A stretch of 62,770 nucleotides of DNA, the filler included, from Bipalium vagum (Eukaryota), in NCBI GenBank assembly GCA_037834085.1. It is 3 parts of 3 records of this genome, joined end to end, with 100 filler letters (N's around TTAATTAATTAA, not from the genome) between each part and the next. Parts side by side here need not be neighbours in the genome. Positions count along the whole stretch, not along the records: positions 47,180 to 62,770 come from JBBMKC010157782.1; 2 more parts are not named here. One strand, written 5' to 3'. Both the position numbers and the translations under genes were made by a program. Of the stretch, positions 53,931 to 62,770 are shown in pieces; the first letter of the stretch is position 1; each line of letters starts with the position of its first letter. The notes under the pieces were generated by a model. The model searched no databases, had not been told where the DNA came from, and saw nothing but the letters and a program-made list of their open reading frames with translations.

Positions 53931-56900
53931 GACAATGAATAATTAGATATAATGAAAGAGTCAGTAAAATTATGAGCTATGCATTACCAAGTACCCATGG
54001 TAGTATCGATAGTTGTTCTCTGAGTTTTTATTAAATATGTTACGAACTTAAGAGGCTGATCCCATAGTAACGTCTTTGTAGGCTAGTTATGCTAAGGTTT
54101 GTACATACAATTATTTTATTTACATTTTCTCAGAGGGCGATGGTAGGATAAAAATACTTGTAAAGAGGTCTGTTAGAGTTAGAATAACAAGAGAAGAGCA
54201 AAAATCTTAAAATAAATAATATTTAAAAATTAAAAAAAAAGAGTCAGTAAAACAAAAATTAAAGCCACATCGGAAGTACATGTCAACCGATACAATATAT
54301 GCAAAAGAAATTATAAGAGAAAAAAGATGTTAAATGTTTCTCAATGAGATCATAAGAAATAATGAGTTGTTCGAGAAGATCCACAACAGGATAAGAGAAC
54401 TACATATACAACACCAATTGACCGTAGAGGGCGCAACAGATTTTACTAATTTCATAAAATTATGCATGTCATTATTTTCAAATGTATTCATATTTTTAAT
54501 AAAACTTAGCTTAATTCATTGATAGTAATTGTATTTAATTTAATGCGTTGTTTAAATAATATTTAAACATTTAGCGGAAATTTAAAATGACTCTAAATGT
54601 CAAAATATAAAAAGTTAGCTATTTATGTTTATTCAGTCATCCTATTTTTTTACTTGGTGCTCGCAATTTGTGTCCTGAATACTTTTGTCAATTTTGCTAG
54701 AAATACTTGTCAACCTGTAAAGCGTTTTGAACCATTTTATTACTGGGTAAGGATTTTTTAGTTATTCAGATAATTCTTTTGAGTAACAAAGCATAACTAC
54801 ATATCTTTTACTGACTCTTTTACCTTTTAATTAATACATCTTTTCAGACGCTGAGGACAAATTTTTCTCACGTTCCTGATTTTAAAAACTATCGATTGTT
54901 CTATTACAACTGGTAATTGCTTTTTAAACTTTTACCATTATTTTACCATATTATTATTTATATCAATTATCATCATTATTTTTATAATTAATATTATTTT
55001 TTTAATTTAAAAAACAGTAAAATTAATAAAAAGTTTTTAAAATATTAATTATATTACATTTTAATTTTTATTAAATCAATATTTAGTTAATTATGTTCAC
55101 TTGATTTAAATCAATAAATTTTAAAATAAATAAGAAATTAAAAATGCAGGTTGGATTTGTGATTTTTGTTGAAATTTTCGATTTTTGATAGAAAAAATGG
55201 GAAATAAATAAAAGCAAACTTTGAACTCCAAATTGATTTTTTATAATTTTAAAACATTTTTTAACTTTGAGTTTAAAATGAAAAAATTATTGACATTTTA
55301 AATATTTATTGAATGATTCTGAAAGATTTTTTATTATTAAAATTTTTTTCCATTTTTATACTTTGCACTAATTAACTGTCGATAGAGAAATAATAACAAT
55401 TACAGATTATAATTTTCTTTACTTTTTTCCTCAATTATTGGATGTGTATTTAATATTCAATTTTATCATTTAAATAAAAGCGTTCACTGACAGTAGTGAA
55501 ACAAATCATAACGCGCTATTTTCAATCAGCATTGACCTAAGAAAGATTAGTCTCAATCGATTTTTTATTAAATTTCTATCGATTATTTTTCAAACGTTTC
55601 TGTTTTTCCACATTTTTATGTAATCTATGAATGAAAATCACTAAATAATTTTTAAAATATATCAAATATTAAAAAACTAATCGATTAATCAAATTAAATC
55701 GATATTTAAAATAATAAACTCATTAAAATAAGTCAATTACCCTATTCTTTTTTATTTATCTTTTCGCAACTAAGTTCTTTGAGCTTCGTTGAATATTCAT
55801 TTTATACTTTTGTTGTATTCATTTTTTAATATTTATTTATTTTCTTATTTTTTTAAAAAAAAACTGTTTGTTAAATTTTTATGATGAATTTTTTGGTCTA
55901 AAATTGGCATATTAAAGATCAAGAAAATCATATAATAATTAACCAATTAGAAAAACATATCTTTTAAATAATTAAAATATGTGTATATTCTTTCATATGC
56001 ATTTTCAGATAACTATACGCGGTCTTCCAAAAAGTTTCTGGGTAGAAATGTTTAAAATATTCAAAAAACATTATCTACAAAATACATTTTAATTACACTA
56101 AAATTTATTCAATAAAGTAAAATCTATCATTCTCAAAACACTTTGGAAGCAAAAAACTGATTAGAAGCTTCTTCAACTTCAAAAAGATAACTTTTGTGCC
56201 TAATAATCGCAATCCTACCAAGGTTCACAATGTCATCCAATCGAATGTTTCTTTGGCATCCTAAAATCTCTTGTATACAAAAAAACTGACCACTTAATAA
56301 AAAGAATACGACTTTGCTTGAAAAAATAGACACTAAGTACGTACAAGTAGCTTGCACAGGTATAAGGACAAATTTGAGACATATAGCCGAAACTGGTCTA
56401 AACTCTGTTGTACATTAATGGAAATACATTGTTATTATGGCAAATATAATTTTATTTAAAAAATTACTGTTTGTTACTTCGATAAAAATTAAATTGGTCC
56501 TTCTTTGTCGACTCCTACATAACCAGATAAATTAAAAATGAAATGTACCTTTGATTTAATTGACACTAATCATTATCATCAACTGCTAACATTGGCAACC
56601 TGTTGTTAGTAATGATAACATTTATTCTTCCAAAGGAAATATAAAATATTCTATTTCAAAATAATTATTTTCTATAATTCATTGATTTCTTATTGACGTG
56701 TGATATACAGTGATGAAAAAAAAAGTATTCGTACGCTTCACTTTTTAAGCTGAAGCGTGTTTTTATTATCTGAATATTTTTGGTTTTCACATAAATCAAT
56801 AGAGAAGCAACACGAAATCGGTGAGAAACACAAACCTTTTATTTATTTCAAATTTTTAGCTTTTGAAAACAAAAACTTTGTATATTGTCTACTCTTATTA

Positions 56901-57875
56901 ATTATGGACCGTAGTCTTCTAACCATCGATACCACTAACTGTTTTGAAATTTCAAATGTTATTTTCGACTAAGATTTCACCAAACCCTCAATTCGTTATT
57001 TTCGGAGGAAAGTTTTTTGCCGAATATTTCTCTCTAAATGCAAACACCACTTTTCTATACGGTTAATATCTGCTGATTGTATCGGAGTAAGGATTATTTT
57101 TCTTGACTTATATAGAAAAGATTCTTTGATCATTTTAGCACTATACTTATATCCTGCTAGAATAAGTAAGTCTTTTCAATGTCTAATTATTATTTTTATT
57201 TGTAAAACAAATGTGATGTACACAAATGTCATAAATTGTATGAAACATGTACAGTGTCATGGCTATAGTCAACCAACGTGGATTTTTTGTCATTTTTATC
57301 ATCGGCAAACGTATTATATCAATGGAATGGGAGATAAATTCATGGTGACTTTTTTTCCTGATCTCTTCTCATTTGCAATGGATACAATTTGAAAATGATT
57401 TTATTCAATATTGAACTGTAGAATGAGATTGTTTCAGTCTTTTCTAATATTGCGAAAGCTAATTTTGTTTTTATAGAACGGCACTATTAACTGTTTGGTT
57501 ATTCTGAATAACATTTTAAATCTGGTGATTATAATTAAGCAAAATAGATGATTAAAACAAATCCTATTTTGGTCAATTAAATATTTTCTTTATTATTTTA
57601 AATCAGAAGGGCGAATTTTTCTATGAATTCAAATCGTATTTTTTTCTATTGACTTACTCAAAAAGTTAACAAATTTTGATAATTAAAACCTGTTTAAGCT
57701 TAAAATGTGACGTTTATGAATACTTTTTTCATCAAGTCTGTCCATAAAATTATTTTTATTTTATACTTTTTTGTACTTTCTGTTATTTAAGTAAAATAGT
57801 TACACGAGTAATTTTATTTAGGATTTTCAGGGGCACTGGGAAAAGGTAAGATAGATATATAAAAATAGATATGAC

Positions 57876-59023
57876 ATGATTATTATTTCACGAGGGAATT
57901 TTAGGCGTGCTGGTGTTCCTGTGCTTTTCATCCATGGAAATGCCGGGGACTTCAACCAAGTAGAGCACATGGCGAATGTTGCTCAGAGTATGTGGAAATC
58001 TCATTATGGCCATTTATCAAATGAAACTGCTGATGATCGTCAACTGGACTTCTTCGTGATCGATTTCAATCGGGAGCAAAGCGGTCTAAGTGACGAAATC
58101 GTCTCGAAACAAACTCGATACGCTCGACATTGCGCGGAATACATTTCAACGCTGTACAGCCAAGAAACTACCATTGTTCTCGTCGGCAATTCCATGGGAG
58201 GAATGATTGTGCGGTCGATCTTTGTCCAATCGGAACAGGACTTGGTCCAATTCATGAGAAAATCGATAATTATCATTTTGACAATTGCCAGTCCGCATCT
58301 GTTGCCAGTACTGGCTTTGGAAAGGGAACTTTATAGAAGATATCAATCAGTCAATTCATTCTGGACTCGGGAATGGAGGAGCAAGTTGCGCAACATTTCG
58401 TTGATATCACTGATGGGCGACGACGGGGACCTGTTGGTGTGGGATGGGTTTGGTGATGTGATGTTTCTGGAACCTGAAAGAGAACTTGAGGGAAAAAAGA
58501 GAAAGGAGGGAAGACAGTCTCGACTTCTTTGGTTGACAACATCGTCTTTTGTCGTTCATCGATTGTTCTCGGCAAATCACGCCGACGTCATGCAATGCAA
58601 AGATTTGGTCGTTTTTATTTGTCGGGCCTTGCTTGGGGTCATCAACGATCGCAGAATCACGTCTTCGGAAATGGTCGTTGGAAAAATGAAGTATGTTTTC
58701 TTCCATAAACAATCAATACCGTGGACGAAGACGGCGAAATTGTGTGGTAAAAGAAAAAAATCGACGAGTCTCACCAACGCCACCACCTTTACCATTGGCA
58801 ACAATAGTAGAATTGTAAAGAGAACGACGACGACGACGAAGTCGACGATTATTGTCAAAGGCAGCTCTGTGAAGGAGATTGTGGAAAACCGTTTTCCAGA
58901 TCCCGTTGAGCGGAATTACAAAATTGGGCCCGTCGATCTGTCCGGTGAAAGTCAGATGTTCTTCATTTCCCTCCGAGGTGGTCGCCCTTGTCGATTGGAT
59001 TTGTTTGTCAGTCCGGAAAATGG
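57876..59023 (+). CDS. PGAP1: GPI inositol-deacylase (PGAP1/Bst1-like), catalytic exon
   Basis: GVPVLFIHGNAG, LDFFVIDFN, IVLVGNSMGG (nucleophile elbow), TIASPH, GDLLV, SANH..MQCKDL; donor gtaggt. True 5' boundary uncertain (57876, 57895 or 57905). Confidence 0.9.
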
Positions 59024-59303
59024 GTAGGTTTCCTTCGGTGAACACTGGAGTTGATCTTGAACCTTTATTTATTAATGGATAAAAATATTTTTTGATTTTA
59101 TTGAATTATAAACGTTTTTATGGTTCTATTAATCAATAAAATAAACTTAATTTGTGGGGTTTAAATCAACAATAAATTTTAAAAAAATGAAGAAATAAAT
59201 AAATAAATAATAATAATAATAATTTTTAAATAAAAACAACAAAAATCGTTAATGAAAAACATATTTTAAAAATTAAATTTTTTAATGACAACATTATACC
59301 CAG

Positions 59304-59701
59304 GTCAAGCCTTTTCGATATCAGCAACTTGACAAGGACGTTACCTTCTTCGGACGATCGTACCTTTCAATATGTGTCATTATTGAAGAATTATAAATCG
59401 AATCGAAAAAAAATCTTTTTCTTCCTTATTAAAATTCTTTTTCCACCTGACCAAAGCGTAACGATCAATTCTGAGATGATCGATTCCAAAACGTTTGGGT
59501 ATTGTGACAAAAGTTACTTTTCTCTTTTGATTTTTCAATCATGGACTCAGACGATTGATGAAATGGTCAATTATCACAGGGTGTATCTTCCTCCTTTGAC
59601 AGAAGTCACCAAACCGTTACGAATTGATATATACCGTTGGAATTGTGCATATTCAAAAAGAACACGATCCACTGGTTCAGGAGAAGGAACCGGAGAAAGA
59701 A
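59304..59701 (+). CDS. PGAP1: PGAP1-like exon (beta-sandwich region)
   Basis: cccag| phase-2 acceptor matches the previous donor; 398 nt open; donor gtgaaa. Confidence 0.7.
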
Positions 59702-59750
59702 GTGAAAATTGAATTTGAAAAAGAAACCCGTTTACTTTGTTTTTTTCCAG

Positions 59751-59814
59751 ATCGCGATGATATTTTGATATTGGTGCCACCTCTGAAAGGTCATTCGAAA
59801 CAATTTGTGTTCAG
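59751..59814 (+). CDS. PGAP1: PGAP1-like exon
   Basis: 49-nt intron with ttttttccag acceptor; RDDILILVPPLKGHSKQFVF|gtgggt in phase. Confidence 0.55.
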
Positions 59815-59980
59815 GTGGGTTTTGGCATTTATTTGATGAAAATACGGATGGAGAAACAGAGATTGGATCGATTTTGTTCTTGTGGGAAAAATTTTTTGAA
59901 GCTTGTTTCTCCTTTCTGTGTGGTTTTAATAACAATTTAAAAGATTAATAATAATAATAATAAATATAAAAATTTAAATA

Positions 59981-60612
59981 TACAGGGTGACCAGAAAAAA
60001 AGTGATAAATAATTTTATTTTTTTCTAGGCTAAATTTGAATTATGCTCATTTAATTGATGATGAATCTGTAAATAATTTTCAGATTATAATTATTATTAG
60101 TTATCAATGAGTACACAGCAAGAAAAGATTTTTGTCTTACATGAAAAAGGATTTTGCAATTGTGATTTTGCAAAAAGCGTTAGAAGATCCATTAATAAAC
60201 GCTATGAAGATCTTGGAAATTTTGAAAGACGTCTATGAAGAGGTAGAAAGAGAACAGTTGATATCAGTCAAAATCGAAAAATTATCAAAAAGCATCTTTG
60301 TTTTAATTCAAGGACTTCAATGCGGAAGATAGGTGATGAGACATAAATTAAGTGTGAATCTGTCAGACTAATTGCTAAAAATGAGTTTAAATACAAGCCT
60401 TACAGGATTCAAAATGTTTAGTTCCTGACCAAAAGAAAAAAATAAGACTTCAAATGTGATTTAAAGTTGAGCTCCGGGCCGCTGGTCAACAATAGGAGGG
60501 AATACTCTTCATAAGTGAGAGGCCATTCACCGTTGAACAGATAGTCATCAGAACCATAGAATTTGATCTCCAGAAGCTCCCTACAATTCTGCTATATTTG
60601 AACACTGTCAAA
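59981..60612 (+). mobile_element. maT (DD37D-like) element, 3' truncated
   Basis: TA-CAGGGTG terminus; GRKRT, SMRKIG, KPYRIQ, ILFISERPFTVEQ, QNHRI. Confidence 0.75.
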
Positions 60613-60952
60613 ATTCGCTGTCTTTTTGTCAAATGAAGATCTGTCGTAGACCATGTCCGTTATTAATTTCCAGATGTCTTCTACAATGTTTAAATCTGAA
60701 AACTTGGCTGGCCATTTTAAGACATTCACGTGGTTCGCTGTCATGAAATCCATTACAATTTTGGCTTTATGGACTCTGCAATTATCTTCCTGGAAGTAAT
60801 ACGTGCCTCTATAATTTGACCTCATACATGGCACAAGTTTATCTTGAAGCATGGCAATGTAGTACACTGCTTTGAACTTGTTTCTAATTATTCTATAAGC
60901 TAGCAGACCATTTGGGAATGTCATTAGCCATACCACAATACCTCCGCCTTTG
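60613..60952 (-). mobile_element. Tc1 (DD34E) transposase fragment
   Basis: GGGIVVW...FQEDNCRVH...WPAKFSDLNIVEDIW; 34 residues between D and E. Confidence 0.9.
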
Positions 60953-61419
60953 AATGAAAGTTTTTAAGTAAAATGAAGATAAAATAAATAATTAATTTTT
61001 TTATTAAAATTATATTAATTGGTTAAATATAAATAAAATGAAAGCACTTTTCAACAAATTTTGTGAAATAAGTTACATTCAATTTTGACTGATGAGTTCG
61101 AATAATAGCAATAACGTGACAGTGACTAACAACCGCAATAAAATTGTACAATGCCTTTTATTCAAAACCGAAAGACTTCCTAAATTACCTTAAGTGTTTT
61201 CTATTCTTTGTTTCCGATAATATTGTAAGCCAGGTTAATCTTATCAAATGAAGACAGTCTGAAGAAGATAAAACAAAGTAATGTAATAAATAATGATACA
61301 ATTAAAAGTTTACTTATGACTAAAATTTCGAAAATGGTTTACGGTTTCGAATATTTCTTCTTTTAGCTGGTTTCACTAACTAAGAGAGGCTTTTTTTATT
61401 CTTAAAAGATAAATTTCAA

Positions 61420-61610
61420 TTTGATCTTGATAGCACTTGTTTTTGGTTTTCTCTTTTAACTCGAACGTATAATTAATTTGTCCTTGTGGAGATTTTTGTC
61501 TTTTCGAAAGATTGTCACAAATCTGTTTATTTTGTCTTCTTTTCGGTTGTCCTCGATGCTTTTTCCCTGGATTATATGTGTCTTACTTAAGAACCCTGAT
61601 TTTTGAAAGA
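61420..61610 (-). mobile_element. RTE-like LINE 3' fragment
   Basis: GKKHRGQPKRR resembles the RTE C-terminal GxRxRGRPKxRW motif. Confidence 0.3.
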
Positions 61611-61666
61611 AAAATTATTTACTGACTTTAGGCTTTTATTTTTGAATTACTTTCCAGCAATTAATT

Positions 61667-62110
61667 TTGAGCAATCTTTCCTTAATTGGAGAAAGACATG
61701 ATATTTATCTGGAAAAAATGATCAATGAACTTCAAAGACCAGAACTCATTGTACGGCAAAATATGCAATATCAAGAGGTCCAAGACTCAAAAGAGAGATT
61801 AGATCTGATCATTACAAATGTAGAGAAGATTATTTACTTGATTGACTCTTTGAAACATTGATATTATTGATAATAAAAAGTATCATAAAGTATTCCGACA
61901 TGATTTTAATATCCAATTGAAGACGATTATTATTGGATCTCTTGGCAAGATACATCCGGATGCAATAGACATTCTAATCAATATTGGAATCCCCATTAGG
62001 AAATTAAGTGCACTCTTAAAGTCATGTGCAATATCAAATATTGAGCAATCGGTGAAGATCTGGAATTTCCATGCTACTGGATATTTGAAAATTTACCGAT
62101 AAATTACATA
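61667..62110 (+). mobile_element. Non-LTR retrotransposon restriction-like endonuclease 3' fragment (NeSL/Utopia/R2-like)
   Basis: ERHD, KERLDLII (PD motif position), IIIGSLG...IGI...SVKIWNFH. Confidence 0.7.
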
Positions 62111-62159
62111 ATAATTCGTGATTTATAACAAAGTATATTTTCCTAATCGATAGTGTGAT

Positions 62160-62480
62160 TATAAGGTGTTGGAGCATAATTAGTTACTAATTTGACAATA
62201 ATATTTTAAAGTAAATTACATTTTGTTAAGTGTTATATATTATTTTAAAGCACAATTTTCATATAACGTAATATTATTTTTAAAATTTAAGTTTATCTTG
62301 CTTGAAATGAATGAAGATAAAATAGCAATTCGTTCACTATTGCGTTATTATTGGAAATAAGGAGCAAGTTCAAAAGTTGCATCAGTAAAATTTGTGAAGT
62401 TGGAGGTGGTATAAGTATAGTCCATCAAAATACCGTCGCCATCTGGCTTAAGCACTTCAACGAAGATGATACCGATAAAT
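62160..62480 (+). mobile_element. Mariner 5' fragment
   Basis: TAAGGTGTTGGAGCATAATTAG terminus; MNEDKIAIRSLLRYYWK, ICEVGGG...TVAIWLKHFNEDD. Confidence 0.7.
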
Positions 62481-62625
62481 TAAAAAAAAAGATAATTGTC
62501 ACCATGACATTAGGTGTGTATAAGTTAATAAAGACACCACAATTGAAATATGCGTGGTAATAAATTAATTATATATGTTTGTTATTTGAAACTGTCAATA
62601 AATATCAATATTAATTTCAATATAG

Positions 62626-62770
62626 TACATGGTTAGGCTGATAAGTCCTCAGAATGAAGCCGAAAAAATATTTATATTTCAATAAAATTTGGTATGATTA
62701 ATTCTCACTATTTATAGGTCTAGAAAACTCATTTTGTTTTAATATAATAATATTTAATTTTTTTGAAAAT
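62626..62770. mobile_element. End of a mariner-derived element or MITE, same family as 1-244
   Basis: TA-CATGGTTAGGCTGATAAGTCC; near-identical reverse complement of 79-244. Confidence 0.7.

Noticed and set aside
58040-59082. Multiple overlapping and antisense ORFs
   Set aside because: Shadow frames of the GC-richer PGAP1 exon.
1-62770. Giant element bounded by the inverted repeats at the window ends
   Set aside because: The ends lie on different scaffolds and the TIR polarity faces outward.

Overview
Very AT-rich eukaryotic genomic DNA, almost certainly from an invertebrate animal; the species cannot be determined from sequence alone. The window is three pieces (1-23174, 23275-47079, 47180-62770) joined by identical artificial spacers (44N-TTAATTAATTAA-44N), plus one ordinary N gap (30754-31001). 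Host genes are spliced and largely invisible to the ORF track. They comprise six phase-compatible exons of a divergent CAMTA-like gene (IPT/TIG domain plus start of ankyrin, 5340-21521), a PGAP1-like GPI inositol-deacylase (57876-59814, incomplete), and two Ser-rich orphan gene candidates (about 24.5-26.9 kb +, 41.5-42.7 kb -). The rest is mostly decayed mobile DNA: about 15 Tc1/mariner/maT/rosa/pogo pieces, hAT and Chapaev3-like transposases, non-LTR fragments, a Polinton/adintovirus PLA2X+integrase remnant and a tRNA-Ala-like pseudogene. The most interesting object is a decayed Ty3/Gypsy-type LTR element (PBS, four-knuckle gag, integrase C-terminus) running into a chuvirus/herpes-gB-like glycoprotein, split by a nested LTR. 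A roughly 3 kb decayed block near the start has weak HUH-endonuclease and SF3-helicase motifs suggesting an endogenous ssDNA-virus-like element. All family calls come from manual translation and remembered motifs, not database searches.
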